Of a stretch of 42,211 nt of DNA, positions 1 to 10,800 are shown piece by piece; positions within the stretch are counted from its first letter, which is position 1, and the number at the start of each line of letters is the position of its first letter. Source of the stretch: a virus (Duplodnaviria; Caudoviricetes); IMG/VR virus record IMGVR_UViG_3300047282_000552, positions 1 through 42,211 of that record. One strand, given 5' to 3'. The notes under the pieces were generated by a model. The model was not told the origin of the DNA and made no database searches. It saw only the letters and a list, made by a program, of their open reading frames with translations. The translations under genes and the position numbers were made by a program.

Positions 1-1
1 T

Positions 2-3000
2 TTAGTAACAAATTATTTAACCTCTAATGGTATTGATACATCATTAATAACAATAGAATATGTATCAGGTTCAGAATATCAATTTAAAAATTTTGTAAAT
101 TTTAGTTCTGCTACGGAAAGAATTGAAAACTTTGTTTATAAGGTAAAACTTATAGAATATTATGAAAGTAAAAAACAAGAATTATTATTATCTTCTTCTA
201 TTTTTCAATCTAATGAGGCTAAAAAATTACAAACATCAATTAATGAGATAAAAAGTAATTTTGATGGATATGAAAAATTTTTATATTATGAAACAAATGA
301 AAACAGTAATAATTTAGCATACCCAAAGACAAATCCATCTTCTTCAATACTTTTAAATACAACTGCATCTTTAGTTACATCTTGGTATGATAATTTATTG
401 AATGAATCTGAAAATTTTGATAAATACAATCCAAATTATTTAGTTAATCATATTCCCGCATACATAATTGAAGAAGGAGAAAATGAGGAGTTTGTAGTTT
501 TTATGAATATGTTAGGACAGCATTTTGATGTTCTATGGATGTACATAAAAGGTTTATCTAATACTAAAGAATTCTATGAAAATCCAAATTTTGGAATACC
601 AAATTCTTTGGTTTCAAGTATGTTGGAATCTTTGGGTTGGGATACCAAACGAGCATTTGATACTAGATTTTTATGGGAATATATTTTTGGAACATATGCG
701 GATGGAAACCAAAAATATTCAAAATCATTAAAATCCGCAAATGAAGAAGTTTGGAGAAGAATAATAAATAATTTACCATATATTCTTAAAAATAAAGGTA
801 CTGCTAGAGCAATGAAAGCTGTTATGGCTTGTTATGGAGTACCTCAATCTATGTTGACTATAATGGAGTTTGGAGGACCACAGGATCCTTCAAACGGAAA
901 TAGTTCTACATTCACATTTGATGATAGAACTGCAGCATATTATTTGAGTGGTAGTTCATCGGTAAAAGTACCTTGGGTAAGTTCATCTTTAACAAACGAT
1001 TATCCAAATTGTATTGAATTACGAATAAAGCCAGATAAGTTACCAAACACTATATATACATTAATTTCTGGTAGCGAATGGACACTAGATTTAGTACAAA
1101 CAACGGGTTCTTTTGGAAAATTAGAATTAAACTTTGGTGGAGACCAGGCGTTATCTGAATATATTGTAAATACATATTTTGATATACTATACGCATATGG
1201 ACCGGATTATAAAACAGGTTCTTTAGATTTTCCTATATCTACCGAATATTATTCAAATGTAGCAATTAATAGATACAATTATCCTGATTCTTCTTCACTA
1301 TTTGAAGTTTGGTTGGGTACATCAAATGGAAATAGAATTATTACTTCGGTAAGTATGTCTATATTGTGTTTGGATACACAATGGAGTAGTGGTTCTTATG
1401 TTCAAATTGGTGGAAATGGATATCAAGGAAATATAGATGAATTCCGTTTATGGACAGTGCCTTTACAAAGAAGTAAATTTAATAACCATACTTTGTTCCC
1501 GGATGCAATTAATGGAAATTCATATACTGCATCTTCTGAAGATTTATTATTCCGTTTGGATTTTGAATATCCAAAAGATAGAACAATAGACCCATATATT
1601 AAAAACGTTGCAATAAGTGATACTTACGGCCATGCATCTGCAACCGCAAGTTTTACATATGTATCTCCATCGTATCCATATCAATACACTCCATACGATA
1701 GAACTGTAACTGCTACAATTCCTTCTTTGGGATTTGGATATTCTAATAAAATTCGTTTTGAATCTGCATCATTGGTAACTGACCTTTCATATAAGACAAG
1801 AGCAACTCAAAAGGCATTTGATACGGCTCCAATAGATTCAAATCGTTTAGGATTATTCTTCTCTCCAATTAAAGAGTTGAATATGGATATACTTAAATCT
1901 TTTGGTGATTTTAATATTGACAATTATATTGGAGATTATTCCGATGAATATAAAGATGAATATAAAACACTTTCTAAACTAAGAGGGTATTATTTCCAAA
2001 GAATGGAAAGAAACATTTATGAGTATATTCAGCTTGTAAGATATATTGATAAATCATTATTTGATGTATTAGCAGATTTGGCACCTGGAAGAGCAAAAGT
2101 TTCTAAGGGATTATTAATAGAACCTCACTTTTTAGAAAGAAGTAAAACAAAATGGACAAAGCCATCATCTGAAAAAAATGACCACGAAACATTAATAACT
2201 TTAACTGATACTAATGCAATTGAAAGTTCTTATGAAGTTAAAGATGGTGAAATAAATAATCAAGATATAACAACATTTGATTATGATTATAATAATTTTG
2301 ACAGTGATATAAATGCAGATGAAGTTTATAGTTTAGAAGCAACAAATCCTAATTACGAATCTTTAATAGATTATAACGTTGATGAACTGATTGAAGCTAA
2401 TGCACCTTTCTATGAAACTTTTGTTCAAGCGGTTTATACTGGAAGTAATATTGTAGGAGAAGTAGATTCTTTTAAATCTGAGCAAATTGGAATGAATAAA
2501 GATTCTTTAGAAAATTTAGGATTCGGAATTTATGCTAGAAATGGGGTTGCGGTTGTTAGAAGATGGGATGGTATTTTTGGTAACACCGAAACAACAGGTA
2601 GTAGAAAAAATGTATTTTTAGTTAAAGAAGAAAAAACTAAAAAAGTTCCAGTACAGGTAACAGGGTATCCAGTTAATGGTGCACAACCCGGTGACCAGGT
2701 AACATATGAAACTGTTAATGAAACTTATAACACATACAAAGTATCGGTTTTACCTTTAGGAAGTACTATAACAATTGGAAATGAAGTTGTAGAGAGTACC
2801 CCAATAAATGGATATCTTCCAACTCACTATAAATTTAAGTTTTTACCTGAAGGATTAAAACGTTCTTATTTTAAAGGTTCTCAACAAACGGCAGCAACAA
2901 CGCCGGATGGTTTATCTCCTGTGGAAACATTTACAACCAATCCTAACATTCTTAGAGTGGCTAAGACTGGTAGAGGTAGTGGTGAACCAATACTTGAGGT

Positions 3001-3007
3001 TGATTAA
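2..3007 (+). CDS. Large virion structural protein, probably baseplate wedge-like with a LamG/concanavalin-like domain; 5'-truncated
   Basis: The frame is open from base 2 (LVTNYLTSNG...FVNFSSATERIENF...), so the track start at 398 is internal. The ILKNKGTARAMKAVMACYG segment resembles baseplate/P2 gpI-type proteins, and YQGNIDEFRLW is a LamG-like C-terminal motif. Neighbouring genes are structural. Confidence 0.65.
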   Translation, partial: LVTNYLTSNGIDTSLITIEYVSGSEYQFKNFVNFSSATERIENFVYKVKLIEYYESKKQELLLSSSIFQSNEAKKLQTSINEIKSNFDGYEKFLYYETNENSNNLAYPKTNPSSSILLNTTASLVTSWYDNLLNESENFDKYNPNYLVNHIPAYIIEEGENEEFVVFMNMLGQHFDVLWMYIKGLSNTKEFYENPNFGIPNSLVSSMLESLGWDTKRAFDTRFLWEYIFGTYADGNQKYSKSLKSANEEVWRRIINNLPYILKNKGTARAMKAVMACYGVPQSMLTIMEFGGPQDPSNGNSSTFTFDDRTAAYYLSGSSSVKVPWVSSSLTNDYPNCIELRIKPDKLPNTIYTLISGSEWTLDLVQTTGSFGKLELNFGGDQALSEYIVNTYFDILYAYGPDYKTGSLDFPISTEYYSNVAINRYNYPDSSSLFEVWLGTSNGNRIITSVSMSILCLDTQWSSGSYVQIGGNGYQGNIDEFRLWTVPLQRSKFNNHTLFPDAINGNSYTASSEDLLFRLDFEYPKDRTIDPYIKNVAISDTYGHASATASFTYVSPSYPYQYTPYDRTVTATIPSLGFGYSNKIRFESASLVTDLSYKTRATQKAFDTAPIDSNRLGLFFSPIKELNMDILKSFGDFNIDNYIGDYSDEYKDEYKTLSKLRGYYFQRMERNIYEYIQLVRYIDKSLFDVLADLAPGRAKVSKGLLIEPHFLERSKTKWTKPSSEKNDHETLITLTDTNAIESSYEVKDGEINNQDITTFDYDYNNFDSDINADEVYSLEATNPNYESLIDYNVDELIEANAPFYETFVQAVYTGSNIVGEVDSFKSEQIGMNKDSLENLGFGIYARNGVAVVRRWDGIFGNTETTGSRKNVFLVKEEKTKKVPVQVTGYPVNGAQPGDQVTYETVNETYNTYKVSVLPLGSTITIGNEVVESTPINGYLPTHYKFKFLPEGLKRSYFKGSQQTAATTPDGLSPVETFTTNPNILRVAKTGRGSGEPILEVD

Positions 3008-3028
3008 GAATGAAAATAATAAATGGTT

Positions 3029-3036
3029 ATATTTAT
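3029..3036 (+). promoter_or_regulatory. Late-promoter-like motif ATATTTAT
   Basis: One of 12 intergenic copies of ATA(T/C)TTAT, each upstream of a + strand start. Confidence 0.55.
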
Positions 3037-3067
3037 TTTAGAAATAAAAGCATAAAAACAATATCAA

Positions 3068-3691
3068 ATGGCATATTTAGATAATACAGAAATCACCGTA
3101 GATGCTATCTTAACCAAAAAAGGTAGACAAAAATTAGCATCCGGTCAATCTTTAAACATCACCAAATTCGCTTTGGGAGATGATGAAATTGATTACACAC
3201 TTTATGAGCCTGCACACCCAAAAGGTTCGGCTTATTACGATTCAGCAATTAGAGCAATTCCTATTACCGAAGCTTCACCTGATGAAACTCAAATATTGAG
3301 ATATAAATTAGTGACTCTTCCAAAAGGAACTACACAAATCCCAACTGTAAGATTAGGTGTACCTTCAATTGCTGTGAATCAAACAGAAGGTGGTGTTGGT
3401 TTAACTCCAACAACTTCACCTGCAGGAAATACAAATGCAGGATACACTGTAGTATTAGCAGACCAAAGAGCAGGTACATTGACAGTAACAAGAGGTGCAA
3501 CTGGTACTGGAACAGTTCCGGTATTCTTAGGCGAAGAAATCACAACAACTGCACAGGTAGTTAGTGGCTTAGAATTCAGATTCACACCTAATCCAAACTT
3601 GACAATTGATATTGCAACAACTCTTACTGTGTATGGTAATGAAACTGGTGGTTCTCAAACTATACCTGTAACTGTAACTTATAAAGCATAA
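3068..3691 (+). CDS. Virion structural protein (baseplate/tail-collar-like)
   Basis: The N-terminus ILTKKGRQKLASGQSLNITKFALGD resembles the N-terminal half of the tail-collar fibre (P2 gpH-type, DUF3751-like) domain; the C-terminus is beta-rich. Confidence 0.55.
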   Translation: MAYLDNTEITVDAILTKKGRQKLASGQSLNITKFALGDDEIDYTLYEPAHPKGSAYYDSAIRAIPITEASPDETQILRYKLVTLPKGTTQIPTVRLGVPSIAVNQTEGGVGLTPTTSPAGNTNAGYTVVLADQRAGTLTVTRGATGTGTVPVFLGEEITTTAQVVSGLEFRFTPNPNLTIDIATTLTVYGNETGGSQTIPVTVTYKA

Positions 3692-3704
3692 AAAGAAATA
3701 AAAA

Positions 3705-4916
3705 ATGGCACTAATAAATGACCCTAATGTAACGGCCCAAATTGCAGCATTAGCAAATACTGGAACGGTAGATACAAACCAAATTGTAGCTATATTAAAT
3801 ACCGTTTTACCGGCCGGACAACAAATATCAGCTGGTGGTGGTATAAGTACTGGAATCTACAAAAGATTTGGAGATTTTGATAAAGTTAATGCAAAAATAG
3901 AAGTTGTTACAACAGGATTGTGGACTAATGATTCTGGTTCATTAACAGCTTTCTTTACATCTTCACAAGCAACTGAAACAAGTGGAAAATATTACTACAA
4001 TGTTTTTGATTTAAATCCAACAACAAGTGATGTTGAAGAAGTTCAATTTGCTGTTGCGTATGGACATGTTGATGGTAGTGGTTCGGTTGATTTAGCAACT
4101 GATGATAACGCACTTCTTCCAACAAAAGCAACTTACGCACAGTATCGTTCAATGTTGTTAGACCCAACCGATACTAAATTCTCATTTGAAAATTCTTCTG
4201 GAATAGAAACAGATTGTAATGGAATTTATATTATTAATGTAGCTAGAAATAGATTCAGAGAGAAAATGGATGCAGGTAACTGGTCTTTAACTCTTTCTGG
4301 TTCAAATGGTAAATTTACATTTATTGATAATAGTGGTAAGAAATTTGGAGATGATTTAGGATTAAGTGGTAGAGTATTTAAAGTTGTTTCTGGTTCTCTT
4401 AATTTAGGAACTCAATCTGAAGCTACTGTAAAAAATACCGCTGACCCATCAACTGGTGAAGGATATGGTTTATTCTATCCAGATAGGGGTGTAATTGTTC
4501 TTAATGCAAAAGCAGTTGGTACTGTGGTAGGTAGCGTTTGGAATGAAGCATTACAAACTGTAGGCACATTAATCCCTTCAGATTCTACTGCAGCTGATAT
4601 GTATAATCATAAAAGAATATACTACGCAATTAAGAATGGTAAAGATTTTGAAGCTCGTAGAACTGAAAACATTTCTACTCAGCACTTCTTTGTAAGAGCA
4701 ACAAACAGAGAATTTAACTATTCTAATAACCCTACATATGTTGATGCAGACGGTTTCTTTGTAGAATCTACATTTGAAACTGACCCGCAAACATATATAA
4801 CAACCATTGGTTTGTATAACGATGCAAATGAATGTGTTGCTGTGGCAAAAACTTCTCAACCAATTGTAAAATCATTTGATAAAGAAGTATTGGTTAAAGT
4901 TAAATTATCATTCTAA
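3705..4916 (+). CDS. Virion structural protein (baseplate-associated)
   Basis: 403-aa ORF. The C-terminal YITTIGLYNDANECVAVAK motif resembles the C-terminal half of the tail-collar domain and is shared with the next gene. Confidence 0.6.
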   Translation: MALINDPNVTAQIAALANTGTVDTNQIVAILNTVLPAGQQISAGGGISTGIYKRFGDFDKVNAKIEVVTTGLWTNDSGSLTAFFTSSQATETSGKYYYNVFDLNPTTSDVEEVQFAVAYGHVDGSGSVDLATDDNALLPTKATYAQYRSMLLDPTDTKFSFENSSGIETDCNGIYIINVARNRFREKMDAGNWSLTLSGSNGKFTFIDNSGKKFGDDLGLSGRVFKVVSGSLNLGTQSEATVKNTADPSTGEGYGLFYPDRGVIVLNAKAVGTVVGSVWNEALQTVGTLIPSDSTAADMYNHKRIYYAIKNGKDFEARRTENISTQHFFVRATNREFNYSNNPTYVDADGFFVESTFETDPQTYITTIGLYNDANECVAVAKTSQPIVKSFDKEVLVKVKLSF

Positions 4917-4938
4917 TTTAGAATAATAAAATAATACG

Positions 4939-4968
4939 AAATCCCCCTTTAAAGGGGGATTTTTGTTT
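4939..4968 (+). terminator. Rho-independent terminator
   Basis: Perfect inverted repeat AAATCCCCCTTT/AAAGGGGGATTT followed by TTGTTT, about 20 nt after the stop at 4916. Confidence 0.85.
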
Positions 4969-4996
4969 GCGGAATATTTATATAAAATCAAAATTA

Positions 4997-5944
4997 ATGT
5001 TAAAAGAGATTCCTAAAGCAGATATTATCACTAGACCGTTAAAAGTTTATAAGGAATGGTTATTAGACCAAAATGATGTAGCACCAATATATGCTACAAA
5101 TCCAAATAATACTTTTATAGATGTAGATAGTGACCCAACATCTCAAGGTATTGTTAAAAAAGTTTTATATTCAACGATTGAATCTCAATTTTATAGAAAC
5201 GCAGATACTGCATCGGTTTTTTATGAAGTTGGTAGGAGAAAATCATATGCATCAAAAGATGAGAGAGTTTTAGAAGATAATATTGTTTTAGTATCAATAC
5301 CGCAAGTATTTTATGGAGAGGGAATAAAAGTAGGTTCGGTAATTTTAACTGATGACCCAACTGGTGCAAGTACGGTTTATACCGATGATGGATATTCAAA
5401 TCTGATTGATTCTGGAAGTAATATAAAAGGTAATATTTTTTATGATAGAGGGCTTATTGTATTAACTAAAGATGTTACCGATGGTACAACATTAAGTACA
5501 TATAATTTAGAATTTCGTTCTACAAAAACAATTTATGAAAACGAAATTTTTATTTCAGTATTAGAAAATGAATTTAATTATTCACAAAATCCATCAGCAG
5601 TTTATGAAGATGGTGGGAGTAAAATAACAACAATAATTCAAAGACCGGGATCTAGAAAAATAGATGATTTAGTAACTTCATCATTTTATGATTCTGGTAT
5701 AAAATGGGTTAGGGGAAAGAAATATCCATATCAATCAAATATAGATGCAAGTAAATTGGGAAGTTTTGATGATTACTTAATTAGTAGTTCTTTAGACCCA
5801 ACTGGTTCATTTTTGGCACCATATATTACAACAATAGGGTTATACGATGATGAGCTAAATATGGTTGCAGTGGCAAAATTACCACAACCAATTAAATCAC
5901 TTCCAGATTATCCTTTAAATTTTATAATAAGGTTTGATACTTAA
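4997..5944 (+). CDS. Virion structural protein, paralog of 3705..4916
   Basis: Shares GxxFYDRG, NEFNYSxNP and YITTIGLYxD-x5-VAVAK-x2-QPI motifs with the upstream gene. ATG 4997 is preferred because the track's TTG at 4967 lies in the terminator. Confidence 0.6.
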   Translation: MLKEIPKADIITRPLKVYKEWLLDQNDVAPIYATNPNNTFIDVDSDPTSQGIVKKVLYSTIESQFYRNADTASVFYEVGRRKSYASKDERVLEDNIVLVSIPQVFYGEGIKVGSVILTDDPTGASTVYTDDGYSNLIDSGSNIKGNIFYDRGLIVLTKDVTDGTTLSTYNLEFRSTKTIYENEIFISVLENEFNYSQNPSAVYEDGGSKITTIIQRPGSRKIDDLVTSSFYDSGIKWVRGKKYPYQSNIDASKLGSFDDYLISSSLDPTGSFLAPYITTIGLYDDELNMVAVAKLPQPIKSLPDYPLNFIIRFDT

Positions 5945-5986
5945 ATTGAATTTAGTTTATATTTATATAAGAAAACCATTTAGAAT

Positions 5987-6238
5987 ATGTCCAAATTAGT
6001 AGATTTATTGAATACAAGAAAGCCTGATACTGCAAAGGCAAACACTAAAGGTGTGGATAAAACACCTATTGATGATGTTAAAGAACCTTTTGATGGTTCA
6101 AAGGATTTGGTAAAAACCGATTTAACAAATGCAAGGGGTGGTATATTTGGTTCTTTTCCTGGTGGACCTTCAGGATTTACACCTCCTGGATATGGACCTG
6201 GTGAAAGTGAGTATTCTAAGAAAGTGCAAAAAAGATAA
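5987..6238 (+). CDS. Small hypothetical protein (83 aa), possibly virion-associated
   Basis: ATG start 20 nt after an ATATTTAT motif (5959-5966); tightly packed with the next gene. Confidence 0.6.
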   Translation: MSKLVDLLNTRKPDTAKANTKGVDKTPIDDVKEPFDGSKDLVKTDLTNARGGIFGSFPGGPSGFTPPGYGPGESEYSKKVQKR

Positions 6239-6241
6239 TTA

Positions 6242-6649
6242 ATGTCTTGGAAATTTAAGGGAAATTTGGTTACAGAAGAAAACACTCCAGAGGGTGCGAT
6301 TGGTTTTGTCTATAAGATTGTACACATTCCTACTGGTAAATTCTATATTGGTAAAAAATCACTCACTTCAACCCGCCGATTAAAACCCCTAAAAGGGAAA
6401 GTTCGTAAAAGAGTAGTTCGTAAGGCTTCTGATTGGGAGAAATACTATTCATCAAACGAATGGATTAAAAACGAAGTAAAAGAAGGTAGAGCTGGAGATT
6501 TTGAAAGAGAAATCATTCAATTCTGCTTTAGTAAAAAATCACTTACATATTGGGAAGTTTGGTGGCAATTCAAATTAGATGTTTTGATGGACCCACGCTC
6601 TATTAATGAAAATTTAATGGGAAAATTCTTCCGAAAGGATATATATTAA
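6242..6649 (+). CDS. GIY-YIG family nuclease-like protein
   Basis: GFVY-x9-FYIGKK motif, followed by YYSS, a conserved Glu (YWEV) and an Asn-containing NxN motif. Confidence 0.7.
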   Translation: MSWKFKGNLVTEENTPEGAIGFVYKIVHIPTGKFYIGKKSLTSTRRLKPLKGKVRKRVVRKASDWEKYYSSNEWIKNEVKEGRAGDFEREIIQFCFSKKSLTYWEVWWQFKLDVLMDPRSINENLMGKFFRKDIY

Positions 6650-6661
6650 TAAACACACGTT

Positions 6662-6865
6662 ATGACACTAGATGACATTTGCAAAAAATACGGCATTTCG
6701 GATGCATATTTAAACTCAAAAGATGATGCACATTCTATTGCTGCAGCATCACTTATAGACCTTAAGGGTATGGTTCTTCAAAACCAACCAAGAGAGGAAG
6801 TTGCCGCAAAACTTCAATTTTTAGCTGATTTTCTTACCGATGTAAGGAATTCAACTTTCGGCTAA
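6662..6865 (+). CDS. Hypothetical protein (67 aa)
   Basis: ATG ORF filling the gap between co-oriented genes; helical composition. Confidence 0.6.
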   Translation: MTLDDICKKYGISDAYLNSKDDAHSIAAASLIDLKGMVLQNQPREEVAAKLQFLADFLTDVRNSTFG

Positions 6866-6870
6866 TTAAA

Positions 6871-6902
6871 TTTGGTTATATCCTAAAAAAGTAGTATATT
6901 TA
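6871..6902 (+). promoter_or_regulatory. Bacteroidota-type sigma70 promoter (-33 TTTG, -7 TATATTTA)
   Basis: TTTG at 6871, 20-nt spacer, TATATTTA at 6895; one mismatch to TAnnTTTG; upstream of primase. Confidence 0.55.
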
Positions 6903-6930
6903 CATAGTTTTTGTAGATATACTCCAAAAT

Positions 6931-7866
6931 ATGCTATCGGGTAAGAACAAATTAAAAATAATCACAATATTAGACTCCGCATTGGGTGTGGGTTCATCCT
7001 TAAAGGGAAATGAACAGGCACACCATTGTCCTTTTTGTAATCATCACAAAAAGAAACTACAAATTAATTTAGATACTCAAAGATGGCATTGTTGGGTATG
7101 TGATTCTAAGGGTAGAAGTATATCATCACTACTTCGTAAACTTAATGTAGACCTTAGAGATATCGGAATTGTAAGGGATGTGTATGGTGATGAACCGGAG
7201 TATGATGCAAAAGAAGAATATGTAGCAAAATTACAATTACCAAAAGAATTCAAACAATTATATTTCTGTCCAAAGAGTATTAACCCAGTATATAATCAAG
7301 CATTACACTATTTAAATAAAAGAGGTATCACCAAAGCTGACATCGTAAAGTATAACATCGGATATTGTGAAGATGGTCTTTATGGTGGTAGAGTTATCAT
7401 TCCTTCTTACGATGATAATGGTGACCTTAATTACTTTGTAGCTCGTTCATTTTATGAGGATGAGAAAATGAAGTATAAAAACCCACCTATTAGTAGGGAT
7501 GTTATTGTATTTGATGGTATGATTAATTGGAACGAACCAATCACATTAGTTGAGGGAGTATTTGATTCCTTTTCAGTCAAAAGAAATGTAATTCCCCTAT
7601 TGGGTAAATTTTTACTAAGTAAACTTAAAAACAAAATATTAGAAAAGGGTGTTAAGGATGTAACTATTATGTTAGATTCCGATGCCGTTGAAGATTCTAC
7701 AAAGCATACCGATTGGTTTATGAAGAATGGTATTAGAGTTCGTAATATCATTCCAACTGATAAGGATGCTGGGGAAATGGGTTTTCAAAAAGTAAACGAA
7801 CTATTAAAAGATGCCAAAGAAACAAGTTGGGAAGATTTGATGATGGCAAAGTTGAATAATATATGA
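6931..7866 (+). CDS. DNA primase (DnaG/T4 gp61-like)
   Basis: Zinc-binding CPFC...HCWVC, RVIIP, YFVAR, KYKNP, and TOPRIM motifs EGVFD and DSD. Confidence 0.9.
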   Translation: MLSGKNKLKIITILDSALGVGSSLKGNEQAHHCPFCNHHKKKLQINLDTQRWHCWVCDSKGRSISSLLRKLNVDLRDIGIVRDVYGDEPEYDAKEEYVAKLQLPKEFKQLYFCPKSINPVYNQALHYLNKRGITKADIVKYNIGYCEDGLYGGRVIIPSYDDNGDLNYFVARSFYEDEKMKYKNPPISRDVIVFDGMINWNEPITLVEGVFDSFSVKRNVIPLLGKFLLSKLKNKILEKGVKDVTIMLDSDAVEDSTKHTDWFMKNGIRVRNIIPTDKDAGEMGFQKVNELLKDAKETSWEDLMMAKLNNI

Positions 7867-10800
7867 AGTTAAAAAGAATTTATCATATTGCGGATATCCA
7901 CATTCGTAACGTAAAGAGGCATAAAGAGTATAGAGGAGTTTTTGAAAAAATGTTTGAAGAAATCCGTAAAAGAGGAACGGAAGATTCAATCATTTATTTG
8001 GCAGGTGATATTGCACATGCTAAATTAGAAATGAGTCCTGAATTGGTAAAAGAAATTAGTTGGTTGTTTACTGAGTGTACAAATCATTGTCCAACAATTC
8101 TTATTGCTGGTAATCACGATTGCAATATGAACAACCAAGACCGATTAGATGTTCTTTCGCCAATTGTGGAAGCACTTAATCTTCCAAACTTTACATATCT
8201 AAAAGATACTTCTGTACATTGGGTAGATGGTGTGGCATTTTCAGTATTCAGTATTTTTGATAACAAAGATAATTGGGTAATGGCCGATGATTTTGGTTTA
8301 CAATCTGCCCGATTAAAAGTTGCACTATTTCACGGGCCAGTTGACCATTCACAAACCGATGTGGGGTATGTAGTATCTTCTCGTCATTTTACAACTGAAC
8401 TTTTTGATGGGTTTGATTTGGCACTATTGGGTGATATACATAAAAGACAAGAATTGATTTCACCTAAAGGATGTAAGTGTGTATATGCTGGTTCTTTGGT
8501 ACAACAAAACTTTGGTGAAACATTAGATAAACACGGATTCTTAGTTTGGGATTTAGAAACATTAACATATGAAGAAGTTGATATACAAAACGATTATGGA
8601 TATTACACTATGGATATTATCGCAGGAGTTGTTCCTGACGTTACTGATTTACCTTTGTATCCAAGGCTTAGGGTAAGATTCTCTGATACCGATGCTGCGG
8701 ATACAAAGAGAGCTATTACTGAAATTAAAATGAAATATGGTGTAGAAGATTTTACAACCATAAGAACTGATAGTTTGGCAAAAAAGAAAACAGGTGATAG
8801 AGATAGCAAATTAGAGTTAGATGATATTACCGATGTAACTTATCAAAACTCTCTAATTACGGACTATATTCAAAGGATGATGCCGTTTGTGACTGATGAA
8901 GAAATTGCAGGAATACAATCCTTAAACAAAGATATTAATAGTAGAATAATTGCAGACGAACTGACAAGAAACGTAAAATGGAAGCCGGTAAGATTTGAAT
9001 TTTCTAATATGTTCAGCTATGGTGAGGATAATGTAATCAATTTTGACAAAGTAAATGGGTTGATGGGACTCTTTGCACCAAATGCAGCAGGTAAATCATC
9101 TTTATTTGACGCAATCTCATTCTGTCTATTTGATAAGTGTAGTAGAGCATTCAAAGCGGCAAACATAATGAACAATCGGAAATCAGACTTCCATTGTCAA
9201 TTGGATTTTGAAGTAGAGGGAGTAGAGTACCATATTCGTAGAGAGGCGAGAACAATCAATAAAGGTAGGAACGTAAAGGTAGATGTTCAATTTTGGAGAG
9301 TAGTAGATGGAGTATCCGAATCCTTAAATGGAACGGAGAGAAGGGATACTAACCAAGTCATTGAAGGGTATGTGGGCCGTTATGAAGATTTCGTTCTAAC
9401 TGCACTATCCTTACAAGGTAATAATACTCTATTCATTGATAAATCCCAATCGGAGAGAAAGGACCTCCTTGCTCAATTTATGGGATTGGATATATTTGAT
9501 AAGTTGTATGAGATGGGAGCTGAAGAGATTAAGGAAGTGGCAGTACTAATCAAAAATTTCAAAAGGACGGATTTTACTTCCGAATTGGCGACTAAGGAAA
9601 GCGACCTGAAGGTTAAAAAAGATGAGTTAGATGAGTTGAATAAAACACTTAAATCCCATAATACTGAAAAGGAAAAAATTCAAAATCATATATCTGATTT
9701 AAAGGAATCTCTCATACCAATTGATACAAATCTGGATATCAATTTATTGAACGATTCCAGAAGGACCATTGAGAGGAAAATAGAAAGTAATGATTCTGAT
9801 AAGAAAACAAAAGAAACCAAAATAAACGAATTTATAGGGGTTTTAAATGAAGTTTCACAATCTATAAGTAATAACGATACTGTCAATGGTTTACCAATAG
9901 ATGAAGCTAAGAAAGAGTGGGATTTGGCTAAGGGTAAATTAGCAGAAGTACAAACTCAAATAGATAAGTTGGAATCTCAATATGAGAGAAATTTGGAAAA
10001 ACTAAAACATTTGGAACAACATGAGTATGACCCAAATTGTAAGTTTTGTATGAACAATGTCTTTGTTAAAGACGCAATTCAAACCAAAGAGATTGTTAAA
10101 ACACAAGAATCTCAGTTAGAAACTCTGAATATTGCACATCATGCACTAATCAAAGCAACCGAACCATTTTCAGAAGTAGAGGATGTTTGGACTAAATTAG
10201 TTGATTTAAGAAATAAATATCATAAAGGGGTTGTTCTTAAAGAGAAAACCGAAGCGGAATTAAAAGGATTAGAAACACAATCTGAACTTCTAAAAACACA
10301 ATTAGATGGAGTTGATTCGGATGTTGTTAGATATAATGAAAATATTGCAACAATAAACAAAAATACTGCTATTAATCAAGAGATAAGAGTTTTGGAAACC
10401 GATAAAAAACGAGTTGAATCTGAAATTGCAAACGTAAATAAAAAAGTATTAACTTTAACTGGTGAAATTGGTTCAATAGAATCATATATCAATGGTACAA
10501 AAGCTAAAATACAAGAAGTTAAAGATTTAGAAAAGAAGAATGACCTATACACTTACTATTTAGATGCTGTGAAGAAAGATGGTGTACCTTATGAATTGAT
10601 TTCTAAAGCAATGCCGGTGATAGAAAGTGAAGTAAACAATATCTTAGCACAGGTTGTGGATTTTTCTCTTTCAATGGATACTGATGGAAAGAATATTAAT
10701 GCTAGAATAGTTTATGAGGACCAGGAGTGGAACTTAGAGATGTGTAGTGGTATGGAGAAGTTTATTAGTGGACTAGCTATCAGGGTAGCATTGATTAACA

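Noticed and set aside
5959-5968. T4-type TATAAATA late promoters firing on the minus strand
   Set aside because: No minus-strand genes lie downstream of these sites, while spacing to + strand starts is consistent; the motif is treated as a + strand element
6242-6649. Mobile homing endonuclease
   Set aside because: Only the catalytic-type domain is present, with no DNA-binding tail and no interrupted gene; it is more likely a resident nuclease-like protein
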